This document shows, piece after piece, positions 10,270 through 17,804 of a stretch of DNA of 64,000 nucleotides. The translations under genes were made by a program, and so were the position numbers. This stretch comes from Nitrospirota bacterium (GTDB lineage Bacteria > Nitrospirota > Nitrospiria > Nitrospirales > Nitrospiraceae): NCBI GenBank assembly GCA_963701855.1, contig CAVPBK010000009.1, forward strand, positions 224,001-288,000. Reading direction: 5' to 3'. Within the stretch, counting starts at the first letter, position 1. Each line of letters opens with the position of its first letter. The notes under the pieces are model-generated. The model searched no databases. It saw only the letters and a list, made by a program, of their open reading frames with translations, and was not told the origin of the DNA.

Positions 10270-10313
10270 CTCATAAGCCGCGTGTCCTCCGTCAATCCGG
10301 GACACCGCCACCA
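10270..10313 (+). pseudogene. Degenerate 3' half of tRNA-Met(CAT), an att-site remnant
   Basis: CTCATAAGCCG...CAATCC...CCGCCACCA; no 5' half; preceded by TGTGCTAA/TCTGCTAA repeats at 10121-10139. Confidence 0.55.
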
Positions 10314-10478
10314 AACCATGCTGCTTGTGCCGATGGCTCATTATCGGCTTCTCGCAATTGACGCCGTCGGATACATATCTCCAGTGTTTCCTTCACCCAT
10401 CTAATACCGCAATTCGTGCATACCACTCGCTTCATGCTACATCATTTTCAAATCGGAGAAGAACTCATCTGGCGTTCT

Positions 10479-10661
10479 CTACCCGCAACACCCGCCTGCG
10501 AAAACTTGCCGCTGCTGCGATGCACTCCAGCAGCGCTCACACAGTTCAACGGTTGAATGGGTCATCCCATCGACGCAAGTGATTCGGCGCTGAACCAGCA
10601 CCCCACAATCAGAACAGATGCCAAGGGGTGACAGGTCTCCTCTACGCTCTTGGATCAGCAT
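10479..10661 (-). CDS. Small Cys-rich putative metal-binding protein
   Basis: CSDC...CERC plus terminal GGCCG; overlaps the end of the upstream ORF. Confidence 0.55.
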   Translation of the reverse strand: MLIQERRGDLSPLGICSDCGVLVQRRITCVDGMTHSTVELCERCWSASQQRQVFAGGCCG

Positions 10662-10890
10662 AGGAAATCATCTTTGTATTTGGTCGAGCGTCTTGATTGC
10701 AGACGGTCGACATGAACTCCTGCCTGCCTTTGAGATTCACCAGATTCCGCCACAACCGACTCGAAAACGGCTCCGCCTTAACCCGGCACAAATCCCCTTG
10801 CATCTTGCGCAACTGTCCATTTAAGGAATTCACCGTTCGTTCCAGGTCAATGAGCCGCTCTGTCCCAAATAATATTCCTATTGTGCGCAT
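10642..10890 (-). CDS. Hypothetical protein directly downstream of the LexA-like repressor
   Basis: GGAGG ribosome-binding site; start ~20 bp after the repressor stop. Confidence 0.6.
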   Translation of the reverse strand: MRTIGILFGTERLIDLERTVNSLNGQLRKMQGDLCRVKAEPFSSRLWRNLVNLKGRQEFMSTVCNQDARPNTKMISYADPRA

Positions 10891-10909
10891 CGTATCCTCC
10901 ATTTTTTCG

Positions 10910-11455
10910 CTACATACTACAATGCCGAATTACGCCAATGAGAATGCCTTCGATATGAAACGTATCTGAAGGCCTCACAATAATCGGCTGCATCGACGCA
11001 TTTGCCGGATGTAGTTCAATATGTGAGTCCTTCTTGAAGTAGGTCTTGATCGTCGCGTCATGATTGACTAACGCAACGATAGTCTGACCGTTCCTGGCCG
11101 TTTCCTGTTTCCGCACCACCACAAGATCGCCGGGAAGAATGCCATCATCTTTCATGGATTCTCCTTTGACTCGGAGCGCAAACGTATTTCCACCACGTAA
11201 CATGCTGGGCGGAACATCGATAAGTTCGGACTGGGGGACTGGTTCAATCGGTGAACCAGCTGCCACTATCCCCACCATAGGAACTTCTGGCAACCGAGCG
11301 AGTTGATCGATCGCCACTTTCACCATTCCAGGAATGCGCCGCATCCCTGCTTCATAACGGGCCACCGACACACGCGTAGTCCGTAACGTTTCAGCCAATT
11401 GCTGTTGCGTCAGTCCCAATTGTTCTCGCACTCGTTTGAGATCGGCAGGCTTCAT
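10910..11455 (-). CDS. lexA: LexA-like S24 autopeptidase repressor with an XRE/CI-type HTH
   Basis: HTH LKRVREQLGLTQQQLAETLRTTRVSVARYE; VAAGSP cleavage site, VKGESM (Ser) and ATIK (Lys). Confidence 0.85.
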   Translation of the reverse strand: MKPADLKRVREQLGLTQQQLAETLRTTRVSVARYEAGMRRIPGMVKVAIDQLARLPEVPMVGIVAAGSPIEPVPQSELIDVPPSMLRGGNTFALRVKGESMKDDGILPGDLVVVRKQETARNGQTIVALVNHDATIKTYFKKDSHIELHPANASMQPIIVRPSDTFHIEGILIGVIRHCSM

Positions 11456-11456
11456 G

Positions 11457-11495
11457 ATGTAACCAATGGTTACATATGGGCAACACCCCTGTCAA
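11457..11495 (-). promoter_or_regulatory. Autoregulatory operator and promoter of the repressor
   Basis: Perfect palindrome ATGTAACC-AAT-GGTTACAT (11457-11475) 1 bp from the ATG; perfect TTGACA at 11495-11490. Confidence 0.75.
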
Positions 11496-11550
11496 GCCCC
11501 CGTTCTGGACTCCTAATCGTGAAACAGAAAGTGCTGTCTGGCATTGAGCC

Positions 11551-11894
11551 TGTGCATAACCAAGTCAGAGACACCGCGGCAGGATTGCCAATTCATCACT
11601 CTGACCCGCAAACGGCAATAGACATCTACTATTTGGTATTTCTATTAGGTTTAACCCTTATGGCCACCATATATTGTGGTGCTGCAGGGGGTTGAACCAA
11701 TGCCTAATTTCTAGGCAAAGACGTATTTGAGCCAAGAAAATGGCAGGAAATTGAGTGACGGAGAGACTTATGAACAGGTTTATCCACAGAAGCTGGGGAG
11801 AGGGTTTTGTGGCAATAATATCGCTAGACTCATCACGCCAAAATGCTGTGGATAAGCCAGTTTTTATTTTGTCAATCGCTTTTCTTGGGGATAA
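11551..11894. other. DnaA-box cluster with an AT-rich tract (oriC-like)
   Basis: TTATCCACA 11780-11788, TGTGGATAA 11847-11855, TGTGCATAA 11551-11559, TGGGGATAA 11886-11894, TTATGAACA 11768-11776; AT-rich stretch ~11625-11675. Confidence 0.6.
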
Positions 11895-11932
11895 ATCGTG
11901 GAAGGGAAACCTTTTTAGGCTCTAGTGGGGTA

Positions 11933-12043
11933 CTACTTCTTGTGTGGTTTCTTCTTGGGCTTCGGGAGCGAAGACTTGGGGACCGAGAGGACAGTACTCA
12001 TCGCAGCTTTCAATCGTTCAAATGGGGTTTGTGGCGTCGGCAA
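11933..12043 (-). CDS. 36-aa basic micro-protein of the kind seen near IS1595-family transposases
   Basis: TTG-PTPQTPFERLKAAMSTVLSVPKSSLPKPKKKPHKK; TAGACC-N17-TATTAT just upstream; below the ORF-track length cutoff. Confidence 0.5.
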   Translation of the reverse strand: MPTPQTPFERLKAAMSTVLSVPKSSLPKPKKKPHKK

Positions 12044-12082
12044 TGGTCAGCATAATATCACTTCCCTTCTGGGGGGTCTACA

Positions 12083-12931
12083 ATGACTCCCTACGACCCA
12101 TTTATCCATTTACGTCGAAGCCTCTTTTTATCACGGACTGATCTCATGGCGATGCTTACCGTTTATTGTGACGACAGCGGTACCGATGAGGAGAGTTCCG
12201 TTGCTGTCGTCGCTGGATATTTAAGTAATGTCGCCCAGTGGGAGATTTTTACGAAGGAATGGATGGCGGTCCTTAAAGATGTTGGCATTAATAGAATGCG
12301 CAGAGCTGACCTGGAAAATTTCCAGAAGGAGTTTAAAAAGTGGAATCCAACACGTCGCACGGACTTAGTAATACGACTCCAGCAGATCATTAAGAGGCGT
12401 ACGAAAACTCCGGTGGCTAGCATGGTGATCAAGGAAGATTTTGAACGATTCATACATGACCCACTTAAGAAGTGGGCATGCGGTGTGTACGGCTTTTTGG
12501 CTTATACGTGTCTAGTCGGTATCGGTCAGTGGTGTAGTAAGTCCTCCAGGCAGCATTGCGACCCCATTCAATGGGTTTTTGAAACTGGAACTGAAGGGGA
12601 ACGTCAAGTTGCCCAGATGTTCCAGGCGACCTACGCTGATGAAGTGTACCGTCAAAGGTCACGTCTCGGCGGATGGTCGTTCCTCGGAAAGGACACGGCA
12701 CCATTGCAGTCAGCAGATCTTCTGGCCTATGAGTGCTTTAAGTACCTCAGCAATCAGATTGTTGAACCAAGTAAGAGGCGCCCACTTCGAGCTTCATGGC
12801 TCGACTTGCTTAAAGATGAACAGTATTCATATGTCAAAGTGTTTAATAGGCAATCGTTGGAGCATTTCGCGACCATATGGGAAAAACATGGATTTACCTC
12901 TGATGATTATTTACGCCTCCCCCGCCCTTGA
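12083..12931 (+). CDS. DUF3800 family protein (RNase H-like fold)
   Basis: VYCDDSG N-terminal acidic motif, VAVVAGY and C-terminal PLQSADLLAYE; visibly more AT-rich than flanking genes. Confidence 0.85.
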   Translation: MTPYDPFIHLRRSLFLSRTDLMAMLTVYCDDSGTDEESSVAVVAGYLSNVAQWEIFTKEWMAVLKDVGINRMRRADLENFQKEFKKWNPTRRTDLVIRLQQIIKRRTKTPVASMVIKEDFERFIHDPLKKWACGVYGFLAYTCLVGIGQWCSKSSRQHCDPIQWVFETGTEGERQVAQMFQATYADEVYRQRSRLGGWSFLGKDTAPLQSADLLAYECFKYLSNQIVEPSKRRPLRASWLDLLKDEQYSYVKVFNRQSLEHFATIWEKHGFTSDDYLRLPRP

Positions 12932-12958
12932 CGTTTATATTCACCAGGAGGCTGTTGC

Positions 12959-13066
12959 TTAATGCGTCGTTTGTCCAATCAGGTCTTTGTACTCAACGCG
13001 CTTTCCAACAATGGAGGACATCGCTTCCATGAAACGCCCTTGGTTATTGTCCTTACGAGTCTTGAA
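12959..13066 (-). mobile_element. C-terminal remnant of an IS1595-family transposase
   Basis: Translates FKTRKDNNQGRFMEAMSSIVGKRVEYKDLIGQTTH*, matching the IS1595 GKRLTYxxLI tail. Confidence 0.7.
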
Positions 13067-13077
13067 TCAGGAATGAG

Positions 13078-13689
13078 TTATTTCTGAGGTGGGGCACTGA
13101 GGAAACGGATGGCTTCAGCAATTTCGCGACTGATCGTCGTCAACGCACGGCTGTGTGCAGCGACCATTGTCTCATAACTTCCACCCCTACCGGACTCCCT
13201 GACCGTCGAGCGACCTGTCTGCAGGACTCCATCGGAAACTCGCTTGACGGTCCAGAGGGCATCGATGGTCACCGACTCTCCGAGTGTCGAGTCGAATCGT
13301 TGGATGTCTACAAGGACACGATAGTTGGCATTATCCCCCGCACTCTGCGGATAGGCCGCCACTCGTTTCACGTTCAAATCTGCAGCCAGATTGTCTGCAA
13401 TAATACGTGGAATTTCGGTCTTGAGGGATCCGGCCCATCGATGTAACTCCACGAACGTGACTTCATTCGGCCCCACTCGAAGCACAAACTGAGGACGATC
13501 AACGACCTCCGGCAGCGTGATGGGACCCACCGCAATGCTGTAGGCAGACTCGCCGCTTGCCGAAGTGGCCGGATTGACCGTTACGCCGGTGCTGAGTGTA
13601 TAGTATGTTTCTCTTGGCGAACCGAAGCAGCCGGTGAACGACGAGATCGTCAGGAATAGAGCCGCCGACCACAGGTATCCGTATCTCAC
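13078..13689 (-). CDS. pqiC: PqiC-family outer-membrane lipoprotein
   Basis: Lipobox FTGC, VGPITLPEVVDRPQFV and RWAGSL; follows pqiB. Confidence 0.85.
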   Translation of the reverse strand: MRYGYLWSAALFLTISSFTGCFGSPRETYYTLSTGVTVNPATSASGESAYSIAVGPITLPEVVDRPQFVLRVGPNEVTFVELHRWAGSLKTEIPRIIADNLAADLNVKRVAAYPQSAGDNANYRVLVDIQRFDSTLGESVTIDALWTVKRVSDGVLQTGRSTVRESGRGGSYETMVAAHSRALTTISREIAEAIRFLSAPPQK

Positions 13690-15323
13690 CGTTTGCTCTC
13701 CTTCTTCCCACGAATCAACGATTCAGGTTGACGCTCCAATAATTCGGTCAGCTCGCGGAGCGATTGCGCGGCCCTCGAGAGGTCCCGCAGCGAGGTTCGG
13801 AGATCCTGCTGCAGCGGGGAATCGGAGGCCAACGCCTGTTCGGTCGTGTTCAGGAGACGCCGCGCGTCGTCCAAGGCGGACTTGGCCGCCGGCGCGACTT
13901 CTTTATCCATCCGTTTCACCATTTGCTCCGCGCCCACCAACGTACGGTTCAGCGATTGAAGCGCTGTGCGCAAATCTGCGCTGATCTGCCCAATCGGCAT
14001 TTCTTCCAGTTTCTTGGAGAGGTTCATCAAGGTGGCTTGCAATTCGACCATCATGCCTGGCTGGGTCGGGAACTCCGGGGGGCTCGTCGCCCAATTGATT
14101 TTCGCCGGAGCGGCGTTGGGGAACATGTCGAACGTAATATACATTTGTCCGGTCAGGAGACTCCCGGTCTTCATTTGCGCGCGAAACCCCGCTTCAACCA
14201 TTTTGTCGATCCGGGCCTTTTGTACGGCCGGAGTCGGATCTTCCAGCCTTTCTCGGCTCAGCGCCCGTAAACGTCCTGGGTAGATCGCCACATCAACCGG
14301 GAAACGGAATCGTCCCAATTGCTGGTCAAATCCCGTCATGATGCTTTTCACTTCACCCAGCGCCACTCCGTTGAGCTCAACGGGAGCCCCCACCGTCAAC
14401 CCGCGCAATGATTCCTCAAAAAACATGGTGAACACCAGCGTCTCGCTCTCCGGCTGCTTCATGGCCGCGGCGCGGTCTGGAAACAGGGTAAAGGCCGTAT
14501 CGGGGTCGGCTGGGGGCAACGCCTCTGACCCGGCAGGCGCCTCGAAAGCCAAGCCGCCGAGCATGATAGACATCAGGCCCTCGGTATTGACCTTGACGCC
14601 CGACGCATCGGCAGTGATGTCAATGCCGCTCACGTCCCAGAAGCGCGTGTTGGAGTTCACGAACTTGTCATACGGCGACTCGACGTAGATTTTCACCGTG
14701 ACGCCCGAGCCATCCGGGTTCAATTGATTGACCGACACCTTCCCTACTCGAATGCGACGAAACAGGACCGGCGTCCCGACGTCGTGCGACCCGAGGTCTT
14801 TGCCATGGAGGACGAACTGGCGGCCCGGTACATCGTCGGTGTTGAACGGCTCCACTTCCAGGCCTTCGAATTCCTCCCGCTTGGTCGAGGATTCGCCGCG
14901 ATCCATCTCGATGTAGGACCCGGAGAAGAGCGTCCCGAGCCCCGACACCTGCCCGCCCGAGATCCGAGGCTTGACGATCCAGAACCTGACATCCTCTACG
15001 AGATGAGGTTCGACTCCCTTTTGCATCTCCGCTTTCACCACGACGCGCTCGAGATCCTTGGAGAAACCGACGGATTTCACCTCGCCGATATCGATGTTCT
15101 TATACTTGACTTTGGTCTTGCCGGCCTCGATGCCTTCCGCCGTCTTGAAGGTGACCGTGACCGTGGGCCCTTTCTCGAGAATCGTTTTGACTGCCAGCCA
15201 GCCTCCGATCAATACGGCCACGATCGGAATCAGCCAGATGAGCTGAGGCGACGACTTCCGCTTAGGCTTGGCGACCGCCGACGGAATGTCCGTGAGATCA
15301 GGTCCGCGCGATCCTTCAAACAT
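13686..15323 (-). CDS. pqiB: PqiB multi-MCE-domain intermembrane transport protein
   Basis: IWLIPIVA, AEGIEAGKTKVKYK, SGLGTLFSGSYI, three MCE repeats and a helical tail ending PESLIRGK. Confidence 0.92.
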   Translation of the reverse strand: MFEGSRGPDLTDIPSAVAKPKRKSSPQLIWLIPIVAVLIGGWLAVKTILEKGPTVTVTFKTAEGIEAGKTKVKYKNIDIGEVKSVGFSKDLERVVVKAEMQKGVEPHLVEDVRFWIVKPRISGGQVSGLGTLFSGSYIEMDRGESSTKREEFEGLEVEPFNTDDVPGRQFVLHGKDLGSHDVGTPVLFRRIRVGKVSVNQLNPDGSGVTVKIYVESPYDKFVNSNTRFWDVSGIDITADASGVKVNTEGLMSIMLGGLAFEAPAGSEALPPADPDTAFTLFPDRAAAMKQPESETLVFTMFFEESLRGLTVGAPVELNGVALGEVKSIMTGFDQQLGRFRFPVDVAIYPGRLRALSRERLEDPTPAVQKARIDKMVEAGFRAQMKTGSLLTGQMYITFDMFPNAAPAKINWATSPPEFPTQPGMMVELQATLMNLSKKLEEMPIGQISADLRTALQSLNRTLVGAEQMVKRMDKEVAPAAKSALDDARRLLNTTEQALASDSPLQQDLRTSLRDLSRAAQSLRELTELLERQPESLIRGKKESKR

Positions 15324-16554
15324 GATGCGCCTCTTTGGGTTCCCAAAGCAGCCGCGGGTCAAACGCCATCGCGGCAAACATCGTCAAGACCACCACGGCG
15401 CCGAACGCTGCCACCGCCAGGCCCGGTTGAATCGACGCCAGCCCTTTCAGTTGGACGAGCGCCACAAGAATCAAGACCACATACACATCCAGCATCGACC
15501 AGGGGCCGACGAATTCAAGAATCCGATACAGTTTCGTACGTTCCAGCGACCGATGTGTCCAACCCAGTTGGACCGAGATGAGAAGATAGGTGAGGGACAG
15601 CATTTTTGCAAGGGGCACCACGATGCTCGCAATGAACACCACCAAAGCGATATGCCACGAACCCGAGTGCCAGAGGTACACGACACCGCTCATGATGGTG
15701 TCGGATTGAGCGCCGAACAGCGACCCTGTACGCATCATCGGCAAGACGTTCGCCGGCACGTAAAGAATATAGGCGGCAATGAGCAGGGCCCATGTCCGCG
15801 CGATACTGTCGGGCTTGCGTAGATGAAGCGCGGCGCCGCACCGCCGGCAGCGCACATCGTGGCTTCCGGCAACCAGCCGCGATAAGCTGCCGCACCCATG
15901 GCAGGTGCACAATCCCAACTGGCTTGCCGTGACAGCCGACTCGTTCACTCGCTCCTCCTTCACCATGCTCCACAGTTCATGCACATTGAACGAAGCGATG
16001 GCGCCCGTGAGTAAGAGAATGAGGCCCCCGAACGACCAGAGAGCGATTCCCGGCACGACATGCGCGAGGTGCACGAGTTTCACCAGCGCAACGAGCACGC
16101 CGAGAATGAACACCTGCGTCATGCTCCACGGCCGCACCGATTGCAAGATCCTGAGAATCGGCGCCAACCCCTGTGGCATCTGCCCCAGCTTCAACGGCAA
16201 GAGCACATACAGCATCAGAGACAGTTCTAGGGCAGGGATCAGAATGGTTGTGATGAACACCAGTGCGGCCACGCCTTCCATATCATTCTTCCAGATGGTC
16301 TCGACCGCCCCATAGAGACTCGTCGCATTTTTAATTCCCGCCGCCTCTAAGCCGACGATCGGAAACACATTGGCAATGATGAACAGGAACGCCGCCCCGA
16401 GCGTAAAGGCGAGTCCGCGATCGATACTGTCAGGGATGTCACGAAAGAGCACGGCGCCGCAGCGCGGGCAACAGGCGACACCGCCCGGCGGGAGGATCGG
16501 CTCCCGTTGCAAGAGATCGCATTCATGACAGGCAGTCAACGCAAGCGACTTCAT
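15316..16554 (-). CDS. pqiA: PqiA paraquat-inducible protein A
   Basis: Two Cys-finger/PqiA membrane repeats (CHECD...CPRCG; CHGCG...CRRCG), WSMLDVY and FDPRLLW. Confidence 0.92.
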   Translation of the reverse strand: MKSLALTACHECDLLQREPILPPGGVACCPRCGAVLFRDIPDSIDRGLAFTLGAAFLFIIANVFPIVGLEAAGIKNATSLYGAVETIWKNDMEGVAALVFITTILIPALELSLMLYVLLPLKLGQMPQGLAPILRILQSVRPWSMTQVFILGVLVALVKLVHLAHVVPGIALWSFGGLILLLTGAIASFNVHELWSMVKEERVNESAVTASQLGLCTCHGCGSLSRLVAGSHDVRCRRCGAALHLRKPDSIARTWALLIAAYILYVPANVLPMMRTGSLFGAQSDTIMSGVVYLWHSGSWHIALVVFIASIVVPLAKMLSLTYLLISVQLGWTHRSLERTKLYRILEFVGPWSMLDVYVVLILVALVQLKGLASIQPGLAVAAFGAVVVLTMFAAMAFDPRLLWEPKEAHHV

Positions 16555-16640
16555 AAGTCTGGTCTGTTTCGTTTGTTTGGTTGAACCAGACTAACCAGAT
16601 CAACCGGTTGAGCTTTAGATATTAAAATAACCAGACAGAG
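16555..16640. repeat. Degenerate 9-mer (TCTGGTYTR / AACCAGAY) inverted repeat element
   Basis: Same family as 25755-25880, 50501-50680 and 57077-57166. Confidence 0.7.
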
Positions 16641-16795
16641 CCTATTCAACCCCTTAAGCCACTCGCGACGGGCGAGCCTGGCTGGAAAAGCTGCCACTGG
16701 CGCGGTCTGAAGACAGAAGGTCGGAGTTCGAAGTTCCGAACACTTTCGCCTTCGGCCCGTCTTTCCCGCTCGTCGCGCATCGCTCGCAATGCGAG

Positions 16796-17644
16796 CTAAG
16801 GCCGGTCTGCATGCGTCACTTTGCCTGGCCTGATCCAGCCATGCCGGAAAAAATACTCGGACAGAAAGTTCACGGCCTGCTCGATACTACGACTCGTCAT
16901 CTGTCCCATAGCAGAGCGATAGCTCTTAATGGCACCCACACCGATGTTCGCCGCAGCGACGCCGACCGTCAGGCCTCCCGCAGCAGCAGCGCCGGCCGGA
17001 CCAGTAACGATGGCGCCAGGCATGGACCCGCTGTCGGCATGAGTGTCGAATTCCAGCAGCTTCGAAGCCTCGGTCTCTGGTTCTCTGCTGGACTGATCCA
17101 ACCCATACCCATAGAGCTGAACGCGAATGTCCACCTTCGACTGTCCTTTACCAAACCCAATGACCAACCGCGCTCCCTTGTTGCCCTCATCCACGTCGAG
17201 AAATTGTCCGATAATGCCCAGCGCGCCCTTCGGCAACAGGGTGTTGCTGGGAACTCGCCGAGCCGGCAATCCGAGATTCTGGATCCCTGTGACCAGTTCG
17301 TCGCCCGCGACTGTACGAACCTCTCCTATGATTTCTCCCTCGTGTTTATATGTCGTCGTGTCCGAAAAATCATTGATGGTTCCCTGGAGGAAACCCGCAT
17401 TTTCATGTACCTGTTCTCTGGTCACGGCAAAGTCGTAGACATAAATCTCAGAAGGCCGCTGGAGGTTCCATCTGGCGCTCTCATATTGAGAGTCAACCAG
17501 GGTTTTGGCGCAGCCTGCCATCACGACTATCCCCAGCAGGGCGACCAAAAGCCCTGGGCCACGGCAACCCCGTCCAGTCCCCTGCCGAATACCGTCACCA
17601 CTACTTGTCAACGCGCCTCTTCGAGCTGCCATGAGCGGCCACAT
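16796..17644 (-). CDS. DUF4410-like lipoprotein
   Basis: Lipobox MAGC; IYVYDFAV and GQFLDVDEGNKGARLVIGFGKGQS; start uncertain. Confidence 0.75.
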   Translation of the reverse strand: MWPLMAARRGALTSSGDGIRQGTGRGCRGPGLLVALLGIVVMAGCAKTLVDSQYESARWNLQRPSEIYVYDFAVTREQVHENAGFLQGTINDFSDTTTYKHEGEIIGEVRTVAGDELVTGIQNLGLPARRVPSNTLLPKGALGIIGQFLDVDEGNKGARLVIGFGKGQSKVDIRVQLYGYGLDQSSREPETEASKLLEFDTHADSGSMPGAIVTGPAGAAAAGGLTVGVAAANIGVGAIKSYRSAMGQMTSRSIEQAVNFLSEYFFRHGWIRPGKVTHADRP

Positions 17645-17697
17645 ACAGACTCTCCCTGTCTTCTCACTAGCCAGCATTATTGATGCGGGTTCCGAGT

Positions 17698-17795
17698 CGC
17701 GGGATACGGGATATGCGATTCGCGATCCGGGACACGTGATCCGGGATTCAAAGCGCGCATCCCGTATCCCACATCCCCTCTCGCCCCTCTCGCTG
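17698..17795. repeat. Degenerate 7-mer (CGGGATA / ATCCCGY) inverted repeat hairpin
   Basis: GCGGGATACGGGATATGCGAT...ATCCCGTATCCCACATCCC; related copy at 45148-45215. Confidence 0.65.
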
Positions 17796-17804
17796 ATGCC
17801 ACCG

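Noticed and set aside
10910..11455. Prophage CI repressor
   Set aside because: No divergent cro, intact integrase or structural phage genes nearby; a host regulator is favoured, though a phage origin is not excluded
12044..12140. DUF3800-associated structured ncRNA
   Set aside because: No convincing structure by eye; the space is accounted for by divergent promoters and coding sequence. An Infernal search is needed
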